DNA of 64,000 nt. It comes from Confluentibacter lentus. GTDB taxonomy: Bacteria > Bacteroidota > Bacteroidia > Flavobacteriales > Flavobacteriaceae. The notes under the pieces were generated by a model. That model saw only the letters and a list, made by a program, of their open reading frames with translations. It was not told the origin of the DNA and did not search any database. The stretch lies in contig NZ_NIHE01000002.1 of assembly GCF_002806995.1 (NCBI RefSeq), positions 526,778 to 590,777 of the forward strand, given 5' to 3'. Shown here piece after piece: positions 51,286 through 62,480 of this stretch. Position 1 is the first letter of the stretch; the number at the start of each line of letters is the position of its first letter. The translations under genes and the position numbers were made by a program.

Positions 51286-53370
51286 TTACCCTTTAATTTT
51301 TTCATTTGCTTTACTAGGTAATACTTTAAAACCCATATTAAAAAGTGTAAATACAAAAATATCTGCATATTCCTCAATGGTTTTGTTTACAGGTGTTCCT
51401 GTCCCATGACCTGCATCGGTTTCAATGCGTATCAATGTTGGATTATTTCCCGATTGCTTGCTTTGTAATTCGGCTGCAAATTTAAAACTATGTGCTGGTA
51501 CCACACGGTCATCATGCTCGGCAGTTGTGATTAAAGTTGCAGGATATGCTACACCAGCTTTCACATTATGAACTGGGGAATACCCTTTTATATACTCAAA
51601 CATCTCTTTGCTTTGTTCGGATGTACCATAATCGTAAGCCCAACCCGCGCCTGCCGTAAATGTATGGTAGCGTAACATATCTAAAACCCCAACAGCAGGC
51701 AGTGCTACTTTTGCTAAATCAGGTCTCTGTGTCATGACGGCACCCACCAATAAACCCCCATTGGAACCACCTCTTAAAGCCAAATAATTTGAAGACGTAT
51801 AGTTGTTTTTTATTAAATATTCTGCGGCGGCAATAAAATCGTCAAACACATTTTGTTTTTTCAATTGTGTTCCGGCGTCATGCCATGACCGACCATATTC
51901 GCCACCGCCACGTAAATTTGGTATGGCTAATACGCCCCCTTGTTCCATCCAAATGGCGTTGGCTATACTAAAGGCTGGTGTTAAACTAATATTAAAACCA
52001 CCATAACCGTAAAGTATTGTTGGATTTTTTCCATTTAGCTCCAATCCTTTTTTATAAGTAATCAACATGGGGATTTTTGTCCCATCCTTTGAATTATAAA
52101 AAACGTGTTTGCTTTCATAATCATTACTGTTGAAATCTATTTTTGGAAACCAATATAATTTGGTTTCACCTGTTTTGGGATTCAACGAATAAATTCTAGA
52201 AGGCGTATTGTAATTGGTGAATAAATAGTATAGTGTTGTATCTTCTTTTTTTCCAGAGAAACCAGACACCGTTCCTAATCCTGGCAACTCTATATCACTT
52301 ATTAATTTACCATGGTAATCGTATTGCTTTACTTTAGATATGGCATCTACCATATATTCGCAAAAAAAATAACCTCCACCAACCGAAACATTTAATACAT
52401 GGTCTGTTTCAGGAATGACATCGATCCAATCATCTGGATTTGGGTTTAAAGCATCAGCTTTAACGATCCTTTTATTGGGCGCATTTAAGTTTGTTACCAA
52501 ATATAATGTGCTGCCATTGTTTTCAATGATGGAAGTATCGCTCTCTGTATCATTCAAAATGGTTATAAACGGACTGTTTTTAACTGATAAATCTTTAATT
52601 AAAAGCTTATTCCCTGATGTTGAAATTCTAGGTGTTAGAATTAAATACTTATTGTCTTCAGTAACATGAGCATAAATATAACGATGCTTTTCTTCAGCCG
52701 TCCCTCCAAAAATCAAAGTATCTTCTTTTTGAGGCGTTCCTAATTTATGGTAATATACTTTATGCTGATCTGTTTTAGCTGAAAGCTCGCTCCCTATGGG
52801 TTTGTCGTAACTGGAATAATAAAAGCCTTCGTTTTTGTACCATGATATTTGGGTGAATTTTATATCGATGAGGGTGTCTTCTGTAACCTTTTTAGTTTCA
52901 GCATCCATGACTAGAATTTTTCTCCAATCACTACCACCTTCCGAAATAGAATAGGCGACAATACTGCCATCTTTTGAAAAGCTTAAAGCATCTAAAGAGG
53001 TTGTGCCATCTTTCGAAAACGTGTTTGGGTCTAAAAATAGTTCTTCATCTTCACTGCCCATTTTTTTCCTATAAACAACATATTGATTTTGTAAGCCATC
53101 ATTTTTGGAAAAGTACATGTAGTCGCCTTCTTTAAAAGGGGCGCTTACTTTTTCGTAATTCCAAAGGTTTGAAAGGCGTTCTTTAAGTTCCTCTCTAAAA
53201 GGAATGTTTTCCAGATAATTACTTGTAACCTCATTTTGAGCTTTTACCCAAGCTTCAGTTTCCTTGCTTCTATCATCTTCTAACCAACGGTAAGGATCCT
53301 TAACTTTAACATCAAAATAGGTATCAATACTGTCTACAGTTTTTGTTTTAGGGTAGTTTATTTCAATCAC
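51286..53370 (-). CDS. prolyl oligopeptidase (S9A) catalytic body; its upstream lipoprotein signal peptide is cut off by an in-frame TAA (possible pseudogene or sequencing error)
   Basis: 694 aa. N-terminal beta-propeller (DPYRWLED...) plus C-terminal peptidase domain (GGSNGG catalytic Ser region). The ORF only opens with GTG (VIEINYPKT). Twelve nt upstream a TAA ends a 20-aa in-frame lipoprotein signal peptide (MKKITLSIFALMILLACNKK). Confidence 0.8.
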   Translation of the reverse strand: MIEINYPKTKTVDSIDTYFDVKVKDPYRWLEDDRSKETEAWVKAQNEVTSNYLENIPFREELKERLSNLWNYEKVSAPFKEGDYMYFSKNDGLQNQYVVYRKKMGSEDEELFLDPNTFSKDGTTSLDALSFSKDGSIVAYSISEGGSDWRKILVMDAETKKVTEDTLIDIKFTQISWYKNEGFYYSSYDKPIGSELSAKTDQHKVYYHKLGTPQKEDTLIFGGTAEEKHRYIYAHVTEDNKYLILTPRISTSGNKLLIKDLSVKNSPFITILNDTESDTSIIENNGSTLYLVTNLNAPNKRIVKADALNPNPDDWIDVIPETDHVLNVSVGGGYFFCEYMVDAISKVKQYDYHGKLISDIELPGLGTVSGFSGKKEDTTLYYLFTNYNTPSRIYSLNPKTGETKLYWFPKIDFNSNDYESKHVFYNSKDGTKIPMLITYKKGLELNGKNPTILYGYGGFNISLTPAFSIANAIWMEQGGVLAIPNLRGGGEYGRSWHDAGTQLKKQNVFDDFIAAAEYLIKNNYTSSNYLALRGGSNGGLLVGAVMTQRPDLAKVALPAVGVLDMLRYHTFTAGAGWAYDYGTSEQSKEMFEYIKGYSPVHNVKAGVAYPATLITTAEHDDRVVPAHSFKFAAELQSKQSGNNPTLIRIETDAGHGTGTPVNKTIEEYADIFVFTLFNMGFKVLPSKANEKIKG

Positions 53371-53530
53371 TTCTTCCTTGGATTATTTTTTGTTACAAGC
53401 TAACAATATCATAAGGGCAAAAATAGATAGGGTTATCTTTTTCATCAATAAGTAGGTTTATAACAAAAATAAGCAAAAAAAAGCTCCTATGTAACATAGA
53501 AGCTTTAGTCTAACTAAGATAAATAAAGGT

Positions 53531-54520
53531 TTACACTAATTTTTTATCAATTAAATATTCAGCAATTTGTATGGCATTGGTTGCGGCGCCTTTTCTCAAA
53601 TTATCGGCAACAATCCACATATTTAATGTATTTGGTTGTGATTCATCCCTACGCAAACGACCCACAAAAACTTCATCTTTATCATGCGCAAACATAGGCA
53701 TGGGATACGTGTTGGTTGCCGTATTATCTTGTAAAACAACACCAGGTGTTTCACTGATGATTTGTCGAACATCGGCTAAATCAAAATCGTTTTCAAACTG
53801 AACGTTTACAGATTCTGAATGCCCTCCAGACGTGGGAACACGCACAGCCGTAGCCGTTACCGAAAATGTTTTGTCGTTAAATATTTTTTGAGGCTCTCTG
53901 GCCAATTTCATTTCTTCTTTAGTATAACCATTTTCTAAAAACACATCACAATGTGGCAGCACATTTCTGCTAATTGGATACGGATATGCCATATCCCCTT
54001 TTATACCTGCAATTTCGTTTTCCAATTGTTTTACGGCTTTAACACCAGTACCTGAAACGGATTGGTAAGTTGAAACCACAATACGTTTCATTTTGTATTT
54101 TTTATGTAGTTGCGATAACGCCAAAACCATTTGTATGGTTGAACAATTAGGATTTGCTATAATCTTATCGTCTTTGGTCAATTCATTGGCATTAATTTCT
54201 GGAACTATTAATTTTTTAGTCGGATCCATGCGCCATGCAGATGAATTATCAACCACCGTTGTGCCAGCTTCGGCAAACTTGGGAGCCCATTCTAAAGACG
54301 TGTCTCCTCCAGCGGAAAAAATAGCTATTTGAGGTTTTGCAGCAACCGCATCAGCCAACCCAATAACAGTATATTCCTTATTTTTATATGTCAATTTTTT
54401 TCCTACTGAACGCTCTGAAGCTACTAACAATAATTCGGTAACAGGGAAATTACGTTCTTCCAATACTTTTAACATCACTTCGCCCACCATTCCAGTGGCG
54501 CCAACAACAGCTACTTTCAT
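53531..54520 (-). CDS. asd: aspartate-semialdehyde dehydrogenase
   Basis: MKVAVVGATGMVGEVMLKVLEE NAD-binding N-terminus, with the catalytic Cys region. I place the start at MKVAVVG (the track adds 13 codons upstream). Confidence 0.92.
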   Translation of the reverse strand: MKVAVVGATGMVGEVMLKVLEERNFPVTELLLVASERSVGKKLTYKNKEYTVIGLADAVAAKPQIAIFSAGGDTSLEWAPKFAEAGTTVVDNSSAWRMDPTKKLIVPEINANELTKDDKIIANPNCSTIQMVLALSQLHKKYKMKRIVVSTYQSVSGTGVKAVKQLENEIAGIKGDMAYPYPISRNVLPHCDVFLENGYTKEEMKLAREPQKIFNDKTFSVTATAVRVPTSGGHSESVNVQFENDFDLADVRQIISETPGVVLQDNTATNTYPMPMFAHDKDEVFVGRLRRDESQPNTLNMWIVADNLRKGAATNAIQIAEYLIDKKLV

Positions 54521-54664
54521 TTTTCTTATATTAATTATTTTTAATGGTAAAATGAACATTCAAATAATCATTTTAAATAATGATTAAATCTTTATTATGA
54601 ATATTTCATTTCTTTACTTTTTATTAAATTACTCGACAAAACTAATTATTAATTCTATTTTAAA

Positions 54665-54708
54665 ATCAAAAAAAAGCCCTTGTTTTCATGAAACAAGGGC
54701 TTTTTAAC
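54665..54708 (-). terminator. terminator aaAAGCCCTTGTTTtcatgAAACAAGGGCTTttt between mscL and asd
   Basis: 12-bp stem. On the minus strand it is followed by T8. Confidence 0.65.
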
Positions 54709-54743
54709 AACAAATAACACGTTGTTATATATTTAACAGTTTG

Positions 54744-55151
54744 TTATTTTTTTAACAAATCCCTGATTTGAATTAATAATTCTTCTTGGGTTGGACCAGC
54801 TGGTGGCGCAGGAGCAGCCTCCTCTTTCTTTTTCATTTTGTTAATCGCTTTTATAATCATAAACATTACGAAAGCCACGATAATAAAATCAATTAAGCTT
54901 GTTATAAAACTGCCATAGAGAACAGCTATTTCTCCCGTTACATTTCCTGCTTCATCAAGAGTTCCTGGGGTAATGACGTATTTTAAATCATTGAAATCGG
55001 ATTGGAAAATCAATCCAACAAGTGGTGACACAATCCCTCCTGTAAATGTTGTGACTACTTTATTAAAAGCGGCACCCATTACAAAAGCAACGGCAATATC
55101 TACCAAGTTGCCTTTCATTGCAAATTCCTTAAATTCTTTTAGCATTCCCAT
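54744..55151 (-). CDS. mscL: large-conductance mechanosensitive channel
   Basis: MGMLKEFKEFAMKGNLVDIAVAFVMGAAFNKVV matches the MscL N-terminus. I place the start at MGM (55151) or M21 (55145). The track ORF extends further 5'. Confidence 0.88.
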   Translation of the reverse strand: MGMLKEFKEFAMKGNLVDIAVAFVMGAAFNKVVTTFTGGIVSPLVGLIFQSDFNDLKYVITPGTLDEAGNVTGEIAVLYGSFITSLIDFIIVAFVMFMIIKAINKMKKKEEAAPAPPAGPTQEELLIQIRDLLKK

Positions 55152-55227
55152 AATTAAAATCGGTTTTATAGTTAGTGAATCACTAAAATAGTTAAAAATT
55201 GGCAAATGTTATTATCTGCTAACGTTA

Positions 55228-56337
55228 TTATTTTAACAAAACACGTTTAACTCTTTGGGATATAGAAGTTATGAGTTCGTATGAAATAGTGCTGGCAGAT
55301 TCGGCTAAAGTTTCAGCTGAAGTATATTCGGGGCCGAAAACAATTACCTCATCACCTTCTTGACAATCAATATTGGTGATGTTCACCATAATCATATCCA
55401 TACACACATTGCCAACAATAGGTGCTTTTTTTCCATTGATGGTAACAAATCCTTTTCCGTTGCCATAAATTCTATTAATCCCATCGGCATGCCCAATAGG
55501 AAGAGTTGCAGTCATCAACAACAACTCACTTTTAAATGCCCGATTATAGCCAACAGATTCTCCTTTTTCAATAGTATGAATTTGCGAAATAATAGTTTTT
55601 AATGTGGCTATGGGCTTCAGATTTTTACTTTCCTTTACAGAATTTCCAAAACCATACAATCCAATACCAGTTCTCACCATATCAAAATGTGCTTCGGGAT
55701 AATTTAAAATCCCTGATGTGTTGCACATGTGGCGAATAGGGGCATATCCTATTAAATCAATAAGCTTTTCTGAATATTTTTTAAATTTATTTATTTGATT
55801 TAAAGTAAATTCCCTTTCATTTAAATCTTCACTAGCGGCCAAATGTGAGAACAAAGATTTGACTTTAACAACATTCGTTTTATCTAAAGTATTGGCAATA
55901 AAATCGATATTACTTTCATCAAAACCCAATCGGTTTAATCCGGTGTTGAATTTAATATGAACCGGATAATTGGTTTGATTTTCTTCCGAAGCTACTTTAA
56001 TAAATGTTTCTAAAATTTTCTTGCTGTATAAATTTGGTTCTAGGCAATATGCAATCAACGTTTTAAAATTAACGGCAATAGGATGTAGCACCAAAATAGA
56101 TTTTGTAACGCCAGCTTCTCTTAAAGCAACCCCTTCATTGGCATAGGCTACCGCAAAATAATCAACGTTTAGGGTTTCTAAATATTTAGCAATTTCTCTA
56201 GCATCGTTTCCGTAAGCGAATGCTTTTACAACTGCTAAAACTTTGGTATGATTTTTAAGTTTGGATTTAAGATGCGTAAAATTATGTTTTAAAGCGTTTA
56301 AATCTATTTCTAAAACGGTTTCTTGTGCTTTAGGCAT
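55228..56337 (-). CDS. alr: alanine racemase
   Basis: 369 aa. PLP-binding VVKAFAYGN near the N-terminus. Two-domain racemase pattern. Confidence 0.85.
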   Translation of the reverse strand: MPKAQETVLEIDLNALKHNFTHLKSKLKNHTKVLAVVKAFAYGNDAREIAKYLETLNVDYFAVAYANEGVALREAGVTKSILVLHPIAVNFKTLIAYCLEPNLYSKKILETFIKVASEENQTNYPVHIKFNTGLNRLGFDESNIDFIANTLDKTNVVKVKSLFSHLAASEDLNEREFTLNQINKFKKYSEKLIDLIGYAPIRHMCNTSGILNYPEAHFDMVRTGIGLYGFGNSVKESKNLKPIATLKTIISQIHTIEKGESVGYNRAFKSELLLMTATLPIGHADGINRIYGNGKGFVTINGKKAPIVGNVCMDMIMVNITNIDCQEGDEVIVFGPEYTSAETLAESASTISYELITSISQRVKRVLLK

Positions 56338-56977
56338 TCGTGTCTGTTGGTTTGTTTGGGATTTCTTCTGGATCGTTCACTTTCATATTTCTAACTTTGT
56401 CACGCGTCATGGCTTTATAAAAAGCAGCTCTGCTTAAAGGTTCGTATTCATCGGTTTCACCTAAAAGTACCAAATTATCGTTTTTAGATTTTCTATAGCT
56501 ATACTGTGCCAAATTGCCTGTTCTTGTACAAACGGCGTGTACCTTGGTCACATAATCGGCTGTTGCCATTAAATTGGGCATGGGACCAAACGGATTTCCT
56601 TTAAAATCCATATCCAATCCGGCCACAATAACGCGCACGCCTTTATTGGCCAAATCATTGCAAACACGAACAATTTCATCATCAAAAAATTGGGCTTCAT
56701 CTATGCCAACCACATCGCAACCATCAGCTAAAATAGGGATATTCGCTGCTGCGGGAACGGCCGTAGAACGTATTTCATTAGCATCATGCGACACCACTTT
56801 ATCTTCGTTATAACGCACATCAATTGCAGGTTTAAAAATCTCAACTTTTTGTTTTGCAAATTGTGCACGCTTGAGTCTGCGGATTAATTCTTCTGTTTTT
56901 CCAGAAAACATAGAACCACAGATAACTTCAATCCACCCAAATTGTTCTTTATGATTTACCGTATTTTCAAGAAACAT
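56330..56977 (-). CDS. tdk: thymidine kinase
   Basis: 215 aa. [15 protein letters not shown]-loop. C-terminal Cys zinc ribbon. It overlaps the alr start by 8 nt. Confidence 0.9.
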   Translation of the reverse strand: MFLENTVNHKEQFGWIEVICGSMFSGKTEELIRRLKRAQFAKQKVEIFKPAIDVRYNEDKVVSHDANEIRSTAVPAAANIPILADGCDVVGIDEAQFFDDEIVRVCNDLANKGVRVIVAGLDMDFKGNPFGPMPNLMATADYVTKVHAVCTRTGNLAQYSYRKSKNDNLVLLGETDEYEPLSRAAFYKAMTRDKVRNMKVNDPEEIPNKPTDTNA

Positions 56978-57094
56978 TTCGTAATTTTAACACTAAAACA
57001 AAGCCTTTTTTCGTTCGTATAAAGGTGACATAAATTTATTAAAAATCAAAAGCCCAAATAGCATTAATTTTAAAATAACAATAAATAAAACAAA

Positions 57095-57829
57095 ATGAAA
57101 AAGAAGTTGGAATCTGAGCTTGTTAGTATTGCACACAGAATTCTTAAATTAAAAGGGAAGGAAGATGTTATTAAAATGCATGATGAAGCTAAAGTACTTT
57201 TTGAAAAACTATCGGTTTTAAAATTTGCTTACGAAAATTTTGAAGATAGCATGCCTACCATTGGCAGCAATACCTCATTTTTTGGGATGTTAGATGAATC
57301 TTTCAACAATAAAATAAGTGATTCCATTGAAATAGAGGATAAAATATACATTAATTTAGATGAGGTTGAGGATGATAACATTATGGAACGCGGCATGGAA
57401 ACCATTAAAGACATGGTATCTCAAATGCCCGATAAACCAGAAGACGTTGATACGGTATTGGAATCCCTTACCCAGAAACATGACCATTTAAAAAATAATT
57501 TTGAACATATTACGGCCGACTTTAAAAATATGCCCATTTTCGAGCCTGTTTCTAAATCACAAAATGGTATAGATAAAAAATCTTTAAATGATAAGCTAAA
57601 AATCGGAGGCATACATATAGGCCTTAACGATAAAATTGCCTTTATTAAACATTTATTTAATGGGAAGCCCGAAGATTATGAGCGTGTATTATCTCAATTA
57701 AACACCCTAAATTCTTTAGAGGAAGCCTCCAATTTCATTCAAAATATTGTAAAACCAGATTATAATAATTGGATTGGCAAAGAGGAATTTGAAGCCCGCT
57801 TTATGAACATTATAGAAAGTAAGTTTTAA
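57095..57829 (+). CDS. acidic hypothetical protein
   Basis: 244 aa. No signal peptide. Rich in D/E. No recognisable motifs. Confidence 0.45.
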   Translation: MKKKLESELVSIAHRILKLKGKEDVIKMHDEAKVLFEKLSVLKFAYENFEDSMPTIGSNTSFFGMLDESFNNKISDSIEIEDKIYINLDEVEDDNIMERGMETIKDMVSQMPDKPEDVDTVLESLTQKHDHLKNNFEHITADFKNMPIFEPVSKSQNGIDKKSLNDKLKIGGIHIGLNDKIAFIKHLFNGKPEDYERVLSQLNTLNSLEEASNFIQNIVKPDYNNWIGKEEFEARFMNIIESKF

Positions 57830-57831
57830 TA

Positions 57832-58506
57832 ATGGGCAAACTCTACATTGTTCCAACTCCGATTGGAAATTTAAAAGACATCACACTTCGGGCATTGGAT
57901 GTTTTAAAGGAAGTGGATTTAATTCTTGCGGAAGACACCCGAACCTCTGGAAAGCTTTTAAAGCATTTTGAAATTTCCACACACATGCAATCGCACCACA
58001 TGCACAACGAGCATAAAACGGTTGAAAATCTAATTAATAGATTAAAAAGTGGCGCCTCGGTTGCTTTAATTAGTGATGCCGGAACACCGGCTATTTCCGA
58101 TCCTGGATTTTTATTAACCCGGGCTTGCATTGAACATGGTATTGAAGTCGATTGTTTACCAGGTGCGACAGCCTTTGTCCCTGCATTGGTGAATTCTGGT
58201 TTACCAAACGACAAATTTGTTTTTGAAGGTTTTTTGCCCGTAAAGAAAGGGCGGCAAACCCGGTTATTACTATTAGCCGAAGAAACTCGAACCATTATTT
58301 TTTATGAAAGTCCGCATAAACTTGTGAAAACATTAGCCCATTTTTGCGAGTATTTTGGTGAAGATAGACAGGTCTCCGTATCTAGAGAACTTACCAAATT
58401 GTATGAAGAAACCATTCGTGGCACAGCCAAAGAAGTTTTAGATTATTACACCAATAAACCACCAAAAGGTGAGATTGTTATTATTGTTGGTGGAAAAAAT
58501 AAATAA
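57832..58506 (+). CDS. rsmI: 16S rRNA (cytidine1402-2'-O)-methyltransferase
   Basis: MGKLYIVPTPIGNLKDITLRALDVLKEVDLILAEDTR is the RsmI tetrapyrrole-methylase-fold N-terminus. Confidence 0.9.
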   Translation: MGKLYIVPTPIGNLKDITLRALDVLKEVDLILAEDTRTSGKLLKHFEISTHMQSHHMHNEHKTVENLINRLKSGASVALISDAGTPAISDPGFLLTRACIEHGIEVDCLPGATAFVPALVNSGLPNDKFVFEGFLPVKKGRQTRLLLLAEETRTIIFYESPHKLVKTLAHFCEYFGEDRQVSVSRELTKLYEETIRGTAKEVLDYYTNKPPKGEIVIIVGGKNK

Positions 58507-58508
58507 TT

Positions 58509-58853
58509 ATGACATTAGAAATATTCCTAAATAAATTAAAAACAACTCCAAAAGACATTGATTTTACAGACACCATAAGTGTTATTGAATCAAACTACAG
58601 TTTTACACCTACCGCTTTTAAAAATGGCGAATTACGCAATAATGCTGGCGAGAATTCTGGTTCTTGTAAATTATTGGCGTTTGCTAAACTGCAAAGTTTA
58701 ACTAAAGAGGAAACCTTGGCGTGTTTTGGAAAATACTATTTTGAAGAGGTGTCAAACGACCCAAATGGCAATGGCCATCAAAATATTAGAAACTTTATGA
58801 AAACAGGGTTTGAAGGATTGGTGTTTGATAATATGCCTCTTAAGGAGAAGTAA
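58509..58853 (+). CDS. HopJ type III effector family protein (bacterial homologue of unknown function)
   Basis: 114 aa. The N-terminal region resembles HopJ-family proteins common in Bacteroidetes. Assigned from memory only. Confidence 0.5.
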   Translation: MTLEIFLNKLKTTPKDIDFTDTISVIESNYSFTPTAFKNGELRNNAGENSGSCKLLAFAKLQSLTKEETLACFGKYYFEEVSNDPNGNGHQNIRNFMKTGFEGLVFDNMPLKEK

Positions 58854-58993
58854 CAATCCGTTTAAGACATAAAATAAACCCTTATTTGCACAGACAAAAT
58901 CTATTATACAAATGTTTAGTTATAAAACTAAATCATAATCGACTAATAAATTAATCCGTAATTTTGTTTTACTAATATCAAAAAAACACTAAC

Positions 58994-59422
58994 ATGTCAT
59001 TACATATTACAACAACTTGGTTGGGCAACATGAAGTTTGAAAGCACGAACCCATCAGGACACAACTTATTTATTGATGCGGGTCCAGAAAATGGTGGCAA
59101 CAGCGAAGGTTACAGGCCAAAAGCCTTGATGCTTTCTGCATTGGCGGGCTGTTCTGGCTTGGATGTGGCATCGCTTATAAAAAAAATGAAATTGGAGGTT
59201 GCTGATTTTAAAATAGAAATCGATGCCAATCTCACCGAAGAAGATCCTAAATATTACGACAAAGTGGGTATGCATTTTCATTTTTCAGGAAGTGATTTAA
59301 ATGAAAAAAAATTGCAACGCGCTGTTGATTTATCCGTAGAAAAATATTGTGGCGTTATGGAAATGTTTCGCCAATTTGCTGATTTGAAAGTAGAAACACA
59401 TTTTCACAATAAAAGTACCTAA
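58994..59422 (+). CDS. OsmC/Ohr-family peroxiredoxin-like protein
   Basis: 142 aa with two conserved Cys regions (AGCSGLDV..., EKYCGV). Confidence 0.7.
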   Translation: MSLHITTTWLGNMKFESTNPSGHNLFIDAGPENGGNSEGYRPKALMLSALAGCSGLDVASLIKKMKLEVADFKIEIDANLTEEDPKYYDKVGMHFHFSGSDLNEKKLQRAVDLSVEKYCGVMEMFRQFADLKVETHFHNKST

Positions 59423-59518
59423 AGTTTTTAAGTGTCTAAAATATTTAAATTTGTGTTTAATTTCTGTATTTTTATACTTTAGGACCCTCCAATAATTTTA
59501 ACTTAAAAACTTATAAAA

Positions 59519-61210
59519 TTGCGTTGGACACTTAAACCAAAACCAGATACCACAAAACTGGCAGATTTAAAAGAGTCGCTTAAAGTCGATGAAGTTATTG
59601 CGACGTTATTATTACAGCGTGGCATAGAAACCTATGAAGATGCGAAACGGTTTTTTCGTCCGAGTTTAAGTGATTTACACGATCCATTCTTGATGAAAGA
59701 CATGGACAAAGCTGTTGAACGCATTGAAAAAGCGATCGCCAATAAAGAAAATATTTTAGTGTATGGCGATTACGATGTCGATGGCACTACAGCCGTTGCC
59801 CTAATGTCTTCCTATTTAAAAATCATCCATCCACTAGTTTACACTTACATTCCTGACAGATATGACGAAGGTTATGGTGTTTCATATAAAGGCATTGACT
59901 TTGCTTTGGAGAATGATTTCACACTTATTATTGCCTTAGATTGTGGTATAAAAGCCAATGAAAAAGTAGATTATGCCAAAAATTTAGGAATCGACTTTAT
60001 TATTTGCGATCACCACAGGCCTTCGGCTGAACTCCCAAATGCGGTTGCCGTTTTAGACCCAAAACGAGACGATTGCAAGTATCCGTATAAAGAATTATGC
60101 GGTTGTGGCGTTGGTTTTAAACTCATTCAGGCATTAGCTTCAAAAGAAGGTAAAACGGCCGAAGATTTAACCGAGTATTTAGATTTAGTTGCCACCGCCA
60201 TTGGTGCCGATATTGTCCCCATTACTGGAGAAAACAGAACCTTGGCTTATTTTGGTTTGGACATAATAAACACCAATCCGAGACCGGGCATTAAAGCTAT
60301 TTTAAATCAGATTGAAAAAACAGAACTCACTATTACTGATGTTGTTTTTATTATCGCTCCCAGAATTAATGCGGCTGGCCGTATGGAACACGGTAATTTT
60401 GCCGTGTCTTTATTAACGGAGCAAGATGAGACATTAGCCGCCAAACAAGCCTCAGGAATTAACACTTATAATTTAGACCGCCGTGAAGCAGATAAACTCA
60501 TTACACAAGAAGCTCTTAAGCAAATTGAAGAACAAAAAGAACAGGAACGCCTTACTACTGTTGTTTATAACGAAAACTGGCATAAAGGTGTTATTGGTAT
60601 TGTGGCTTCTAGATTAACAGAAACCTATTACCGACCTACTTTGGTATTCACCAAAAGTGGCGACAAACTGGCTGCTTCGGCGCGTTCCGTAAGGAATTTT
60701 GATATTTACAATGCCTTAGAAAATTGTAGCGCATATCTTGAACAATTTGGCGGCCATAAATATGCGGCTGGATTGACGCTTAAAGAAGAAAACTACGAAG
60801 CCTTTAAACAGGCTTTTGAGGATGAAGTTTTTAAAACCATTGACAGAAACTTATTGATTCCAGAAATCAAAATAGATGCCCAAATAAATCTAGAAGATAT
60901 CACGCCTAAATTTTATAGAGTTTTAAAACAATTTGCGCCTTTTGGACCAGAAAACATGACGCCTGTTTTTATGACCGAAAATTTAAAAGATACCGGCTAT
61001 GGAAAATGTGTGGGCGAAGACAAAACCCATTTAAGAATCACGGTTACGCAACCACAATCCAATAGTTTTGTCGCCATTGGTTTCGGAATGGGAGATAAAG
61101 AATCTATTATTTCTGATAAAAAATCATTTAAAGCCGTTTATTCCATTGATGAAAATGCATGGCAAGGTAATGTCTCACTTCAGCTTAAATTAAGGGATAT
61201 TAAAGAATAA
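59519..61210 (+). CDS. recJ: single-stranded-DNA-specific exonuclease RecJ
   Basis: 563 aa. DHH (GDYDVDGTT, DHH) and DHHA1 domains. The apparent TTG start may be off by one nt in my count. Confidence 0.9.
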   Translation: MRWTLKPKPDTTKLADLKESLKVDEVIATLLLQRGIETYEDAKRFFRPSLSDLHDPFLMKDMDKAVERIEKAIANKENILVYGDYDVDGTTAVALMSSYLKIIHPLVYTYIPDRYDEGYGVSYKGIDFALENDFTLIIALDCGIKANEKVDYAKNLGIDFIICDHHRPSAELPNAVAVLDPKRDDCKYPYKELCGCGVGFKLIQALASKEGKTAEDLTEYLDLVATAIGADIVPITGENRTLAYFGLDIINTNPRPGIKAILNQIEKTELTITDVVFIIAPRINAAGRMEHGNFAVSLLTEQDETLAAKQASGINTYNLDRREADKLITQEALKQIEEQKEQERLTTVVYNENWHKGVIGIVASRLTETYYRPTLVFTKSGDKLAASARSVRNFDIYNALENCSAYLEQFGGHKYAAGLTLKEENYEAFKQAFEDEVFKTIDRNLLIPEIKIDAQINLEDITPKFYRVLKQFAPFGPENMTPVFMTENLKDTGYGKCVGEDKTHLRITVTQPQSNSFVAIGFGMGDKESIISDKKSFKAVYSIDENAWQGNVSLQLKLRDIKE

Positions 61211-61212
61211 AC

Positions 61213-62480
61213 ATGTCAAAAATTGATCCTTACGCCGCCCTGCGTTTTAAAGAATTCAATATTTTTTTATTGGTCCGGTTTTTTTTAGTATTTGGCTGGT
61301 CCATGCAATTTATTGTTATAGAATGGGAAGTATATTCAATAACCAAAGACCCTTTGTCTCTTGGCATGATTGGTTTAATGGAAATAATCCCAGCTTTTAC
61401 CATGGCATTATTTGCAGGCCATATTGTAGATCAAAAAGAAAAACGAAATCTGTTGTTATTATGCATCGGTGCTTTTTCATTAATCAGTTTAGGGTTGTTT
61501 TTACTTACTTGGCCTAAAATAGTAGCGGATTGGTCTACAAAAACCATTTTATACAGCATTTATGCACTCGTTTTTTTTGGTGGTTTTTTGCGTTCCTTTT
61601 TTGGCCCAACCATTTTCTCATTAATAGCATTAATTGTTCCAAAAAAAGCCTATCCAAATGCCGCCACTTGGAACAGTTCTACATGGCAAGTCGCATCCGT
61701 TTTAGGCCCTGCTTTTGGAGGCTTTTCCATTGGATGGATGGGTGTGCATTGGTCGCTTTGCATTATTTTCGGATTGGTTGTTTTATCGTTAATTATACTC
61801 CTTCAAATTAAGCGTAAGCCCATTTTAAACCCTAAAATTGGAGAACCTGTGATTGAAAGCCTGAAAGAAGGTGTGCGTTTTGTTTTTAAATCGAAAGCCG
61901 TTTTGGGGCTATGACGTTGGATATGATAGCCGTTTTATTTGGAGGGGCTATTGCGCTTTTACCCATATTTGCCCAAGATATTTTAAAGGTTGGTAGTGAA
62001 GGGTTTGGTATATTACGTGCCGCTCCTGCTGTTGGTGCTTTTATAACCTTGATGATTACCGCTCATATTCCGATTAGCAAAAATGCTGGTATGAAATTAT
62101 TGGTGGCGGTTTTTGGATTTGGACTTAGTATTATTGTGTTTGGGTTATCCTCTATATTTTGGATTTCGGTCGTTGCCTTGTTTTTTAGTGGCGTCACCGA
62201 TGGGGTATCTATGGTGGTGCGACAAACCATTCTGCAAATTAAAACGCCAGACCACATGCGCGGACGTGTATCATCTGTGAATTCTATGTTTGTGGGGTCT
62301 TCAAATGAATTAGGTGCTTTTGAAAGTGGCTTAACCGCCAAACTTTTTGGAACCGTGAATGCCGTAGTTTTTGGTGGTACGATGACGCTAATCACCGTTT
62401 TAACAACAGGCATTGTATCGCCTTCCTTTAGAAAATTGGATTTAACAAAAGATATTGAGGAACATCAAAGGGATAATTAA
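61213..62480 (+). pseudogene. EntS-like MFS transporter split into two overlapping ORFs (61213-61914 and 61911-62480) by a frameshift at a GGGG run
   Basis: ORF1 carries TM1-6 and ends ...LKEGVRFVFKSKAVLGL*. ORF2 starts MTLDMIAVLFGGAIALLPIF... in another frame. The junction corresponds to a contiguous EntS-like loop. One extra G in ttttGGGGct would restore a single ~422-aa protein. Confidence 0.65.

Noticed and set aside
61911-62480. Second MFS half as an independent gene
   Set aside because: Its N-terminus continues the EntS-like central loop of the upstream ORF without a gap. A single-base frame correction fuses them, so I treat them as one disrupted gene.
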